Of a stretch of 64,000 bases of DNA, positions 50,606 through 63,138 are shown in pieces. This stretch comes from Camelus dromedarius (lineage: Eukaryota). The stretch's first letter is position 1. Each line of letters starts with the position of its first letter. Where the stretch lies: NCBI RefSeq assembly GCF_036321535.1, contig NC_087437.1:5084001-5148000 (forward strand). Reading direction: 5' to 3'. The notes under the pieces are model-generated. The model was not told the DNA's origin, did not search any database, and saw only the letters and a list, made by a program, of their open reading frames with translations. The translations under genes were made by a program, and so were the position numbers.

Positions 50606-50763
50606 GTAATTGCGGGGTTTTTTTGGGGGGGGGGTAGGTAATTAAGTATATATATGTGTGTGTATGTGTGTATGTATATATTTTAAATGGAGGTACTGGG
50701 GATCGAACCCAGGACCTTGAGTGCGCTAAACGCACACTCTACCACTGAGCTATACCCTTTCCC
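50606..50763 (-). mobile_element. vic-1-like tRNA-derived SINE
   Basis: ATGGAGGTACTGGGGATCGAACCCAGGACC...CCACTGAGCTATACCC; TSD CAAAACTGTGGTCAAGTCT (50587-50605) / CAAAACCGTGGTCCAGTCT (50764-50782). Confidence 0.93.
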
Positions 50764-52293
50764 CAAAACCGTGGTCCAGTCTAAAAAGTCAATGGTGTGT
50801 CCAAGAAGAGCCAGAGCCAGAGGAAAGACATAAATGGACCTGGACTGCAGCATGGGGAGCCTGCAGCATTTTGGAAGGTACATGCTGCCTGGTGTGAGGG
50901 TATATGTACCTGACGGAAGGTTCTTCCCCACCCCTTGCTCCACAGAGCCCTTTTCTTCCCTTATTTTTACTCTTCTTTCTCCCCTTCTTTGCACTTCTCC
51001 CTGGGGCCCTCTCCTGCCCTCTCACCTACATCTCCTTTCTGACCAATCTCATCTCCCCTCCCCTGGGCCTCTCCTCCCAAAAGGGCCCACACGGCTTCCA
51101 TAGACTCTCCTTTGGAAAAGCTGATCACTTGCAGCTGGACTGACACTACGTGGCTGGCTGGCGTGTGATGCTGTCCCGACTTGGAAGTTGGGGACGGAGA
51201 CTCTGTCAGAGTAACCAGCCTGCAGAGGCCCCCGAGGGCCCTGATAGGAGTTAGCGACGTAACTGCCCCCAGGACAACGGCCTGCCAGCTCCACGCTGGC
51301 TTAGGAGTCGCCCTGGCCCAACCGTCTGCTCTTCTTCCCGAGTGACCTGCTCTCTGCCGGCTGCATCAAGTGCGGACCCGTTCTTCTGGCCGTTTCCCGT
51401 CCCCAGTCGTCACGTCATTACCCACCCGTTCTCCTCCTCCCACATGCTGAAATGATTTCCATTGCAGCATGGAATTAGTTAGAACCTTTTACAACCCACG
51501 TCCCACCACTCAGGCTTGTAAAACGCTTAATGAGCAAAATACATTGCCTTCTCCTTGGCGCCCGGGGTGTGGAAGTGGGGCTGCAGTAAACATGGTCTGA
51601 AACGGAGCAGCTCCTGGGCCCGTCTCAGAGCAGAATCAAGCCATCCGATGATGTTACCTGACCCCGAAGATGTCGTCTGCTTCTTCCCAAATGTCACCTT
51701 CTCCATGAAGCCTTCCTTAGTCCCTTAGCAGGAAGTGATTTCTCTCCAGCCTGAAATCTCACAAATGTCTCAGTGCACACTCTCGCTGGTATTACTTCCT
51801 TTTCCAGAAGTACCTCATCTTCTCCTCCGTGTTGTAGGTCATTGAAGGCCAGGAATCACATCGGTCCCCTCCAGGGCAACGAAGGCCGAGTGTCAATGTT
51901 TACTGAGTGACTATTTGATGATAGCTGGTAGATGGCCTCCAGTAGCCCCAGTCCCTAAAAGTTAGGTCTACACTGGAAAGAGAAAGAAGGTCACATGAGC
52001 TCTTTGTCCACCTCAACTCTGCAGTGGGTACAACAGGCCATCCCACAGGGACCGTGACGTGGGGACGTAACGACACCGGGCAAGTGGCTGGTCGGGAAAG
52101 AAGGAACCAGAGTGCAGGCCCCCCTGAGGTAGGAACTTGTTTCAGTCACCAGTATACCCTCAGGGCTTAGCAGAATGCTGCCCGCTCAGAAACAGTGAGC
52201 TCCAAAGCCAAGAGCGAGGAGGATGCCCACGCCAGAGGAGCAGGGAACACAAGGCACTAAACTCAGGGACAGGACTGAAGCCGGCAGTTTCTT

Positions 52294-52833
52294 CTTTTTT
52301 TCTGTTATAATTTACTTTGTTCTCTGAATTTTTTTGTATTAATATCATATTGTAAAAACATATATATAATATTGTATTTAATATTATTTATCTTAAAATT
52401 TTTTTCAAGATTGAGTTCCAATCTGTTTTTTATGATAACCTTACAGAATAACCAGTAGCTATAGCTTATATATATATTATTTATATATATTTATTACATT
52501 AATTGAAGTTAGTTGATGTGCAATATTATTTATGTTACAGGTGTATAATATAGTAATTCACATCTTAAAATTTTTTAAATTGAAGTGTAGTTGATTGACA
52601 ATGTTTGAGGGGTACAGCACAGTGTTTCAGTTATGCATATATAAATCTATTCTTTTTCAGATTCTTTTCCATTAGAGGTTATTATAAGATATGAAACAGA
52701 GTTCCCTGTGCTCTATAGTAGGCCCTTGTTGGTTATCTGTTTTATATATAGCAATGTGTGTCTGTTAATCCCAAACTCCTAATTTATCCCCCACTCCTTT
52801 CCCCTTTGGTAACCATAAGTTTGTTTTCTGCAT
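52294..52833 (-). mobile_element. L1 3' end with AT-rich 3' extension and nested second insertion
   Basis: L1 body at about 52571-52833; outer TSD CCGGCAGTTTCTT / CCAGCAGTTTCTT; inner TSD ATCTTAAAATTTTTT at 52390-52404 and 52562-52576. Confidence 0.8.
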
Positions 52834-53084
52834 CCAGCAGTTTCTTAAAGACTTTGGAAGGCTGAAGCGGGGGTGGGGGAGCTGGCCAGAGGGAACTGAA
52901 AGGTTGTGTTTCTCTTCTGCTCCCTCCAGGGCTGGTACTGTGGCCTGGAAGCAGCAACCCACCCAGTTACCCACCGTCACAGGCTCGCACAGACCCCTGG
53001 GTGCCAAGCCACCCACGCCGGTGCCCCGCATGCGGAGCCACCAGTGCAGCCAGGTGAGGCGTGGGACAAGCTCCTAGATGCTCC

Positions 53085-53475
53085 AGAGCAGTGCTGCTCA
53101 GAGTTCAGTGCATGCATGGGTCAGGGTGGATGTTGTTAAAATGCAGCTTCGGGGGTGGGAGGTCTAGGCGGGGCCTGAGAGTCCCCCTTCCTTGAGAGGT
53201 CCCGGGCAATGATGGTTTTATTTGAGTGGTGAAGGGCCAGACCAGCAGAGCTTCTCCATGCCCGCAGCTCCCTCTTGCCCATGAGGGGGATGGCTTGCCG
53301 TCAGGTTGGTGGGTCTCCAGGTGTGGCCCCGGGGCTGGCAGCAACAGAATCACCTGGAAACTTGCGAGAAACACAATGCTCAGGTCCCGTCACGGACCCC
53401 AAACTGCAAGGGTGGGCCCAGCAGTCTAGGTTCTAACAAGCTCTCCAGGTGCGCACTCAGGTTTGTGAACTACTG
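53085..53475. mobile_element. Two MER5-like hAT MITEs
   Basis: CAGTGCTGCTCAGAG...GGTCTAGGCGGGGCCTGAGA and CAGCAACAGAATCACCTGGAAACTTG...AACAAGCTCTCCAGGTG...GAACTACTG. Confidence 0.65.
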
Positions 53476-53489
53476 CATCTTTTGCTGCC

Positions 53490-53870
53490 TGCTGTGATGT
53501 AATGGGAGGTACAGAACATCACACAAAATCCCCTATGGGAGTGGGTCTTGCCAGAAAGCCTTGACCTGAATCTCATCGCCAGAAAACAGTGATGTCCTCA
53601 GGCTTGGCGATGCTGTATGGTTGTGTTGGAGAACGTCCTTTTTCTAAAGGGGGGCACACTGAAATATTTAGGGGTGAAATGTCTGTGTGTAGGATTAGTT
53701 TTGAATGGTTTGGCTACAGGGAAGTGTGTGTACACGCATAGGTAATGAGAGAGATGGCTTGGCTTTGGCAAGATGTTAATTAATAGTAAATTTAGATAAG
53801 AGGTTTAAATGAGTCCCATGAACCCTTCTTTCAAATTTTCTGCATTTTTGGAATTTTTAAAAAATAAATG
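53490..53870 (+). mobile_element. Ancient L1M (MC/ME-like) 3' fragment
   Basis: CACACTGAAATATTTAGGGGTGAAATG...GGCAAGATGTTAAT...TTCTTTCAAATTTTCTGCAT. Confidence 0.6.
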
Positions 53871-54445
53871 AAGAAATTACTAACCACACTGGGCCAGGCC
53901 TCTAGTGTTTTCTGATTCAATTGTTTGGGTGGATAAGCCGAATATATCGTAGAATCTTCTCCTGGGGACTCAAATGTGTAGCCAGTAGGAAGAACCTCAG
54001 TCGCAGGGCAGCTTTTCTTACACTATGGTCATAAAACCACCGGCACCAGAACTCTGCGGGCTGCTGGCTTAAACATGCAAATCCTGAACCTCATTTATGT
54101 ACAGGATCTCTGAGGGGTAGTGCCCCCGGCTAGCACCGGCGGGGGGGGGGGGGAGGATTCTGACGCTAATATTCAAGAATCATTGATTAAAACCCTTTGT
54201 CAGAGTATTAGGTCACCAATCCAGATCGCTACAGGGCCCGGGAGGTGAAATGGACAGGCAAAAAGGCCGGGTGTCAGGCCTCAGGGAGTGGTGGGGAGCA
54301 AAGCAAACAAGAGGACGGATGCCCAGTTCCATGCCAGGCTTCTGGCAGCCTGTGTGGTCAGTTCCGCCCAGCTTGACTAGATCATTTCTTTTTTTTCACA
54401 AAGAGACACCAGACATTCAGAATTGTTTTTAACACTTCCAAATTC

Positions 54446-54980
54446 ATTTTCTTAAATTGAAATATAGTTGATATACAATGTTGTGTTAATTTCTGCTGTA
54501 CAGCATAGTGATTCATTTATACACACATATATACTCCTTTTCATATTCCTTTTCATTATAGTTTATTACAGGATATTGAATATAGTTCCCTGTGCTCTGC
54601 AGTAGGTCTTTGTTGTTTATCTATTTTATATATAGCAGTTAGTATCTGCAAATCTCGAACTCCCAATTTATCCCTTCCCTTCCCCACCTCCTTTCCCTCC
54701 TGGTAACCATAAGTTTGTTTTCTATGTCTGTGAGTCTGTCTCTGTTTTGTAAGTAAGTTCATTTGTGTCTTTTTTTTTTTTTTTTTAGATTCCACATATA
54801 AGTGATATCATATGGTATTTTTCTTTCTCTTTCTGGCTTACTTCACTTAGAATGAAAATCACCAGGTCCATCCATGTTGCTGTAAATGGCATTATTTCAT
54901 TCCTTTTTATGGCTGAGTAGTACTCCATTGTATAAATACACCATAACTTCTTTATGTCAATGGACATTTAGGTTGCTTCC
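54446..54980 (-). mobile_element. L1 3' end
   Basis: AAATTGAAATATAGTTGAT...; minus-strand translation KKLWCIYTMEYYSAIKRNEIMPF is the L1 ORF2 terminus. Confidence 0.93.
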
Positions 54981-56619
54981 AAAGATAATCAGAATTTTTA
55001 ATCCCCCAATTTCAAAATGCTGGTGACTTACTCAAAAAAATAGTCAAACAGAGCTAAACAAAACTTGGCTGGGGGTAGTGTTCAGCCTCCTGACTGCTCC
55101 TTTGTAGTCTCTGACTTAGACATTGCTAAACAACTGGGATGCTCAGAGGGCCGTAGTTCTAGAGTTCTACAGCTCGTCAGAAAAAAAGCCCACAGCCTGC
55201 ATTCTCTCTCACCATGTGGTCACGTCCCTGAACAATGGTTTCCTCTGCAGGAATTATTCTAAACCACCCCCACCACCCAGCTCCTGTACTGTTCGGTGAT
55301 GGCCTGATGGGCCCACAGTCTCCCTTCTGGGGAGTTCGCTGAGTGAGAGAGGGCTCTCTAGCCAAGGTGAACCTCGGACCAAGAGCTGGGTGGCACAGCA
55401 GACCAGCGTCCCTCGGCTGGCAGCCCAGAACCCACTGGTGCTCTAGGAGGGTTTCTTGGTCTGCAGTGTCTCTCACTCACTGTAACTGCTGTGGGACAAA
55501 GAGCTGCAAAGTTGCTCTCCGAGCCCCAGTGAGCTGTGCTTCCATTCCCCAGGGTCGTCCTCTCACTCTGGGCACATTCTGTGGCTCCAGCAGCCCTGCC
55601 ATCTGCCCTTAGATCCCAGCAGCAGCCTCACCTGACCAAGGTTCCAATTCTGTCTCCCCTCCCTGATTCTACCCATCTTGTCCTGCCAGAGTCTCCCACT
55701 GCGCCCCCTGAGGACACAAGGGGAACTGCAGCCATCTGAATCCAGGGTGGAGGAAGCCCCTGACTCTGGGTACCTAACCCTTCAACCATCTCTTGCTGGC
55801 AGTGGACAGAGCGGGTCCTGGCCACGGCAAGTCCTCCCTAGCCTGCAGCACAAGTGGTTAACACTCTGCCCCTGGAATGACCGGGTTTTCCTTTGGTCAG
55901 TGCTGCCTTTCAGGCTCATGCCTTCCTGATGACTCAGTGCAGATCAGCACGACCACGACCTTGTGATTCCTGAGTCTATGGTAACAGAGTCGGATTATGA
56001 AAAATTGAGACCTGGTTGCGCTGGGCTTCTCCATCCAGGTTGAAATAACTCCTCTGTGTCCTGAGTGGTGGGGATAAGGCTTCTGTAATATGGGATGCCT
56101 CCTACGATGGTCAGCGTAGCTTCCGGGGGGAAAATGAAAACGGCAGAGGCAGCCGCTAAGTAAAGTATCTGTGGGACTCAAACATGGGGAGGTGGCTAGG
56201 GGTGGGCGGGCAGGGCACCCAAAGGACTGACATCCGAAAAATTCATCTGTGACAAAATGGCCTCCAACTAATTAAACATAGAAAAGCCTCTTTTGGGGAA
56301 GATAATCCTATTGGATCAACTTGCAAGATTTTCCCAGCCAGCTTCTGCTTCTTAGAGCTTCAATTAAAAGCTGTTGAGCAGATGGCAATTTCTGAGTCAC
56401 AAAGTTAGGCTCTCTGGCAACCATGTGAGCTTTTGGTTTCCCAGGGGATCCTGGCCGCATATGGCCCTGGAAGAGGTGTGAGAGCAATTTCTTGGCACAT
56501 GGTAGAGAGCCTCTCTCCCACCTTAACACACAGATGACAGGCGTTTCAACATAAGCATCAAGGGCGACTGGCAGGAGGGACTTCCTAGCTGATTCAGGAA
56601 TTTGGGGACTCTGGAAGTC

Positions 56620-56770
56620 ATAACGTATCAGGGCTGGAGGGAACTTAAACATCATCTAGTGCAACCCTTTCTTTTTACAGAATGGGGAATCCAAGTCTCA
56701 GAGAGGTTATGTAATCTACCTAAAGTCAACCAGCAAAGGAGAAGCCGAATCAGGACCCGGCTCGTTCTTG
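56620..56770 (-). mobile_element. MIR SINE
   Basis: TTTTACAGAATGGGGAATCCAAGTCTCAGAGAGGTTATGTAATCTACCTAAAGTCA. Confidence 0.6.
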
Positions 56771-57022
56771 CTTACCATAGAGATGACTTCTCTATTTACT
56801 TCAGGGACTTAATTCATTGCTGGATGCTTTTCTTATACTCATGGGCTCCTAAGGGATGTTGTGCCAATGATCTGACAACCTGGCCAGCAGAAGGGCTTGG
56901 AAGGATCACTTTGTTCACCTCCTGCTTAATTGCAGGACAAAATCAAGACCCTCTGAGGTGGAACTTCATTGCTCTTCTCAACAAAACTTTCAGCTCGTGT
57001 TGAAGTCACAGCTTCCCTTGGG

Positions 57023-57645
57023 TGCCGTCCAAGAGAAACAAAGCTGGACACCAGTTAAAGGCGGTAAGACAGATTTTATTCAGTCCTACAGCCTTCGGGC
57101 AGCGACCTCAGCTCAACAACCCTGAGACAAAAGACTTTTAAACACTGGGCTGTGCTAAAGGAAAAGTACTGACAAGTGCAATGGGGGAGGGCTGATGGGA
57201 CGTGGTTGCCGCCTGAGTTTGCTGTTTGCCAGGCCCCCCCCCCCCCGCCTCCCGTAGAGCCTGGGAGGCAGGGTTCCACCTTCCTTGATGATGTTTCAAA
57301 CGACAGCTCCCAGGTTCTTGAGAAAGACATTCCTGGCTTGTGGGAGAGACATTACAGCAGGACAGAGAACGGACTTACAATGGGAAGTTCTTTAAAGTAA
57401 ATGCTTCTAAGAAAAGCAGGGCCAAGGGCATATAGTCAGGTTTTGGGAACAAACAGTAAATCCTCTTGGCAGTGTTGTGATTTCTCAGGCAGGAGCTTAA
57501 GGGGACTGGGGCCATTGTCCCGGGGACGTGGACTTGAGGTGTCCGTGTTATTCAAGTCTCTCAGTGTAGAAGGTGGACAAAATCATTTGTGCCGAGAGCC
57601 TGCAGTTCTTATAGACCAAAGTGGAGCCCAATTCAAGTTTGGTCA
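57023..57645 (-). mobile_element. ERV1-class solo LTR
   Basis: GACACCAGTTAAAGGCGGTAAGACAGATTTTATTCAG (minus AATAAA)...CTCCCAGGTTCTTGAGAAAGACATTCCTG...AAGTTTGGTCA. Confidence 0.65.
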
Positions 57646-58351
57646 AAGACGGAGTCTTCGTTATTGCCGATGGGACTCCCACCGCCCCGACAATCAGGAA
57701 GTCGATTCAAAGATTTCCCCAAACTTCCCACTGTGGTTTAAGCCTGTTTCTCCCTGTTCCTCACTGTGGCTGGAAGCTGGTTCATGTCCTACTTTCATAT
57801 ATTTATAACCAACTTTTCCAAACTAGATTGGAAGTTGTCTGAAGAGAGGGCCCATGTATCACAATAAAAAGAGGACTATTCCACAGTACCTTGCACGTAG
57901 CTGGTGTGGTCACCGCTCACTGACCCAGACCTCAGGCCACAGAGCATTGTCAGTGGTGGTGACCAACATTCTAGGGCCCATACCCTGTCTCTATAACCAT
58001 CTCTGTGTTTGTTCCTGAACCATCTTCCAACAGGGGAGGCCAAAATTAGGCTCATCTACTCACCTCTGTATGTTTTGTGAACACGTTCTGTGTCAGAAAG
58101 GTCCCCAGGAGTTCAAGTCCTCAAACTTCTCCTGAGCATGTGCTTTAGGCCCGGGTGCAGCGAGGGGTGGAGAGGATGAATAGGTCCGGGTTTCTGCTGC
58201 CAGGGAGGCTAGTCTCAGGGAGGCTGACGAGTAAATCAGTGATTCCAGGACTCAGCGAAAGAGCTGTGGGCCCAAAAGAGGGGCCCCTGAATCAGTCCGG
58301 CTGGAAAATGGTCAGGCAGTGGAATGTCTCCCCGGAAGAGACGCCACTTGC

Positions 58352-58797
58352 TTGGGTAGGGTTCTGTCAAAGCAGATCCTTGGAGGGGAAATCTTATCCA
58401 AGGATTTACTGAGGGAGATCCGAAGACGGCTGCCAGCAAGTGAGGGGAGTAAGACAGAGCAGCACGAAGCTACACTCCGGCGTGGCTCCTGCTGAAGTCT
58501 AGCCTCCAGTCCCGGTGGGTATTTGGGGAGACTGTGAGTTACACCAGCGTTGTCCCTCTTTCAGCCAAAGAGGCCAGACTTTTGTACTCCTTCCCCATCA
58601 GTCACAGTCCCAGAGGCGGGAGGGGCCCAACCTCCTACAGTTTTCTGCGAGACGAGGCTCCGGTTGGAAGAGGGTGAGTTTCTGAAGAAGGATGTAGCTT
58701 TGGGCTGTTAGAAGCCAGTGTTTACAGCAGTGGGGGGGGGGGGGTGTATCTGCCCAGCTAGCGGGGATCCGGTAGGGGGCCACCAGCCTCTACTACA
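58352..58797 (-). mobile_element. ERVL-class LTR (LTR16/33-like)
   Basis: AAGCAGATCCTTGG...ATTTACTGAGGGAG...TTTTGTACTCC..CCATCAGTCA...CTACTACA. Confidence 0.5.
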
Positions 58798-58832
58798 GTG
58801 CCTGGCCTGACATTTTCTTTAAAAGCTTACCA

Positions 58833-59122
58833 CATTGTGTTAATTTCTGGGATACAGCATAAGGTTTCAGTTATATATATATAAATATATATATATTCTT
58901 TTTTCATATTCTTTTTCATTATAAGCTATTACAGATTATTAAATATAGTTCCCTGTGCTATACAGTAGGACATTGTTATTTATCTATTTTATACATGGTA
59001 GCGTGTATCTGTAAATTTTGAACTCCCAGTTTATCTTTTCCCACCCTCTTAGCCCCTTGGTAACCATAAGTTTGTTTCTATGTCTGTGAGTCTGTCTCTG
59101 TTTTGTAAATAAGTTCATTTGT
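58833..59122 (-). mobile_element. L1 3' end
   Basis: AATATAGTTCCCTGTGCTATACAGTAGG...GGTAACCATAAGTTTG...GTAAATAAGTTCATTTGT. Confidence 0.9.
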
Positions 59123-59264
59123 ACTGAACTGACTCTTGAGAGAGGAGAGGTGCCAAAGTTAGATACAGGGGACACATGGGAGGGAGAATGGTAGGGCGTT
59201 TCAGGGCATCGTTACAGAGGGAAGAGGGGACACAATGCATTTGGAAGGGACACAGATTTGGCCT

Positions 59265-59595
59265 CTGTCTTAGCTCACATTGCTATAGCAAAATATGAAG
59301 TGAGTGGCTTATAAACAACAGACATTTATTTCTCACAGTTCTGGAGGCTGGTAGTCTGAGATTGGGGGCCACTGTAGTCGGGTTCCGGTGAGAGCCGTCT
59401 TCTGGGTTACCAGCTGTTGTCCCCTTGTTGCATCCTCCCATGGCAGAGAGAGGACAGGAGAGCAATCTGGGGTCCCTTATATAAGGACACCAATCCTAAT
59501 CGCCTCTCAAAGCCCCCACCTCCTAATACCATCACACTGGGGGTCAAGATTTCAACTTATGAATTGCAAGGGGCAAATACATTCGGTCCACTGCA
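59265..59595 (-). mobile_element. MLT1A0-like MaLR LTR
   Basis: TGTCTTAG...GGCTTATAAACAACAGACATTTATTTCTCACAGTTCTGGAGGCTGG...CCCCACCTCCTAATACCATCACACTGGGG. Confidence 0.88.
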
Positions 59596-60439
59596 CTGCA
59601 GATGGGAGAGATGGAATATTGGATTTAGAAAGAAAGGTCTGTGCGTGGTGGCAGTTCGTAACAGTGGGCTAGGTGTCCCTCCCCAGCTTGGTGACTGCTG
59701 TCTGCCCTTCTCCCACCTCCAAGGAGACTGGAGATGCAGTCACTCGAGAAACTGAACCAGAAGAAGGAAGAGGATCTGACCGGGATACACAGAAGGATGA
59801 CCAGTGGAAGAGACGTGGCAGTGGGGGGTTCCAGTTCACAAGGTTGTATGAGCTGCGCCCCCAGAGGTAGGAGGCATGTATCACATCTTCTCTGATGCAG
59901 TTCTTTGAAGAGGCATTTGATTCGTTCACCAGCAGTCAAACACCCAAGAAGCCCAAACACAGTCATTGATTTTTCTGCAATTGTTCACACAGCCTGTCAC
60001 CCTCCCTGGAGGCTGTGAGCTGGTCCTGGCCCTGAATCCATCTCCTTCCAGCCAAGCTGGTTGCTCAAGACCTTAAGTTCTGCCTGGTGTTCACACATTG
60101 ATAATTTTGTATTTTGTTCTGCTTTTCTCCTTTCCTGAGAAGTTGTTTCCTTTTGAAAAGATGTAGCTTTTTCCCTCTCTGGGACCTCAGTCTTCCACGT
60201 GTTGTCAAAAATAATAGCTAAGTGTTTTGCAATAACACTTGTCAACGCCTTAAGTCTCACACTTCGCCTGTTTGAACGTCCTCGTCTTCCAACAATTTTC
60301 CTCTACGGCGTTTGACAACACCTTCCCACCTAGGAGAGTTGATGTTTGTTTTGTTATATGATTATAGTTAAATCTTTTACAAATGCATTAATGAAGTTGC
60401 ACAGATCAGGAATCTACTCTGAACCTAACTCTTAGCATC

Positions 60440-60895
60440 TGGGTTATCTATTGCTGCGGTGCAAACCGTTTCAAACTTCTTGGCATAAAAGAGCATCGTC
60501 TCTTGCTTTTTCTCCCATGGTGCTAGAGTCGCCTGGGCTCAGCTGGGCAGCTCTCCCGAGGGGTGTCTCATGGGGCTACAGTCAGATGATGGCTAGGGCT
60601 GGGGTCATCGCGAAGCCTTCCTCACTAGTATGTCTGGCGCCCTGACCAGGAAGACCCCAACGCCGGGGGCTCCTCAGGCATCTCTGGCTCTGCCCTCGGG
60701 TCTCTACACGTGGTGCCTCCGAAAAGCAGCTCCCGGGTAGTGGGACTCCTTACAGGGCGGCTCCCAGAGACAGACCGCGAGAAGGTTTTCCACCCTGGAC
60801 TTGGAAGTCCGGTGGTGTCTCTGCGGTAACACTGCTCACCCAGGCAGTCACAAAAGCCCACTGGTTTTCAAGAGGAAGGGACACAGACTTGTGGA
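60440..60895 (-). mobile_element. Old MLT1 (H/I-like) MaLR LTR
   Basis: GTTATCTATTGCTGC...CTGGGCTCAGCTGGGCAG...CAGTCAGATGATGGCTAGGGCTGGGGTCATC. Confidence 0.65.
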
Positions 60896-60925
60896 TCTGA
60901 AGACCTGGTTTCAAACCGCCCCCCC

Positions 60926-61038
60926 TGGGGTGACCATATAACCCACTGTCCAAAGCAAGACGGTTCTGAGAGTGACAGTAGGTGCTTTTCAAACGTGCAC
61001 TAGGACTGTCCTTGCTAGACCGAGACAGATGGTCACTT
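60926..61038. mobile_element. MER81-like hAT-Blackjack MITE
   Basis: GGGTGACCATATAA..TGTCCAAA ... ATGGTCAC inverted ends. Confidence 0.6.
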
Positions 61039-61855
61039 CTTTGACCACGCCCACAGCTCTCTCCAGCTCCTTTGCCTCTGACTCTCTTGTGTCTTTTTTA
61101 AATGCTCTTTACTTAATGAAATTTGTGTTTTAAAATTGATTTTCCTTGTCTTGCTTCTAGATCATGAATATTATCTTGAGGCTGCTTTTTCATAATGAAC
61201 CTGGAAATTGATAGTCACGTGTCTTGTCCCAGAATATCTTTCAGGCAAACCGGGACAGCTTCCGGTGCTGTGGGTGCCTTTTCTCTCCAAGAAGAGAAAC
61301 CCAAGCAATGGAAGATTTTGCTTCAAGAAATGCTTTTTTAAAAACTTCACTTTTTTGGCTAAGTGGTAAGAAAAAAAAACACAGTGATGACTCATCTGTT
61401 GAAATCAAATCCTTCATCCCCCCAAAAGTGTTTTTATAAGAGGTGGGTGGGTTTTTTTTCTTTCCCCAAAGGCAGACTGCATAATATCTGGTGTTTCTCT
61501 CTTCTGAGTAATATATTCCATCTCGGTGGAAAGTGACCGTTTCAGACTGGAGCCAATAACGTTTTATTTTCAGAGCTGGGCGTAATACCCCCTTATTTGC
61601 CTTCAGCCTCCCTTCCATTCACCCCGCTATTCACCTGTTTTTCTGAAGACCTGGAGTAGGATGGATGCCTGGAGGGCGTTTGGAAACAGCACCAGGTATG
61701 AATAGCACCTGGGTGTAAACCAGCACGACGCTTCATTGTCTTTCAAGAGTCCAGCCACAGTCCATCTCTCTCTCCTGATCTCAGTTCTCCATTCAGGAGC
61801 CTTTATTCCTCCCACAGATCTCTACCAGAAAACATTTTCTTTCTGTTGTTTCTTT

Positions 61856-62016
61856 TTTTTTAATTTTTAAAATTATTTTAGAATTGTTTTCTTTTTAAAT
61901 TGTTTTGGCGGGGAAGTAATTAGGTTTTTTTTTTTTTTAATGGAGGTACTGGGGCTTGAACCCAGGACCTCGTGCATTCCAAGCATGAGCTCTACCCCTG
62001 AGCTGCACCCTTCCTC
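61856..62016 (-). mobile_element. vic-1-like tRNA-derived SINE
   Basis: GTAATTAGG...ATGGAGGTACTGGGGCTTGAACCCAGGACC; perfect TSD CTGTTGTTTCTTT (61843-61855 / 62017-62029). Confidence 0.93.
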
Positions 62017-62385
62017 CTGTTGTTTCTTTCCCAAGACTCCAGAACTCTGTGTCATGACTGAAAGAAGGCAACGTGATTCATTTCTGATCCATGAAAACAA
62101 GCATCTCATTCCACTCCGTTGGTCGTCTTCTTGGAATCTTCCACACATACCTCCTTGCTGGAAAACAAAAATGCGAAACGTGTATCCATTTCTGCTCCAG
62201 ACTGAAATCCACAGGAATTTGTATGAGTCCTGAGCTCTCCCCTCAGCCTCGTAAATCAGCAGAGAATTTAACAGAGATAGAACAAGAGATGAAAACTGGG
62301 AGAATGCAAGAGGAAACAGTTAAAAGAACCACCAGGGGTGGGAGCAGCAGCACCAAGCTGCTCAGAACACACGTGGGGCTGGACT

Positions 62386-62488
62386 TAGGGTGACCACCTG
62401 TCCCAATTAGCCTGGGACGGAGCGATTCTTGGGCTCTCGGACTTTTCAGTTTTCCAATCTGGAAGTTCCCAGGAATCCCATCACCCTA
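62386..62488. mobile_element. MER94-like hAT-Blackjack MITE
   Basis: TIRs TAGGGTGA ... TCACCCTA; interior GGACTTTTCAGTTTT. Confidence 0.65.
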
Positions 62489-63138
62489 ACGGGAATCCTC
62501 TTCCTTAACCAGAGGCTCCCGCCAAAGCTCTGCCGGGAAGAGAGCAAAGCCAGAGGGACTGTGGGCACTTCGGCTCCGAGGTTCTGGGGACTACGGGATG
62601 TCGGGGATAAGGAGGTGGCAGTGATGACGGGGAACATTACATTCAATGGCTCAAAAGTACACCCTGAGGCAGAACTCCACTCTGGAAGGAAGGGATCGCT
62701 TAATCCCTTTACATATAAAGTGAACAAGCTCATCTGAGCTTTTAAGTTCCTTGCCAGGCAGCCTTCAGAAAGAATCCTTGGGGTTTGGGATGGTCTGGCC
62801 TCTAGCCCAGTCCCAGGGCTCCACTTCCTTTCACCCTACAGGTGCTGGGTCCATCTCCAGTGGGAGGGCAGTCATTATCCATACTTTCTTTTTGTCCTTA
62901 CTGGCCTTCTGTACCCCTCACTGCTTCAACCCGAAGGAACCAAGTAGCAGTGCTGCCCAGCTCCAAAGTCACTGGTGGGGATGGTTACTATCACCACGGA
63001 CTCCCCCTTCAGTGGCTCCTCTCTTCAAGAAGGATAACATCCAGAGGTCAGAACTAAAGCGAAAAGGATGCCAAACAGAACGCCCACCTCAGGGGCATTG
63101 GCCTTCTAGTAGAATATAACTTTGACTTACTATTTACT

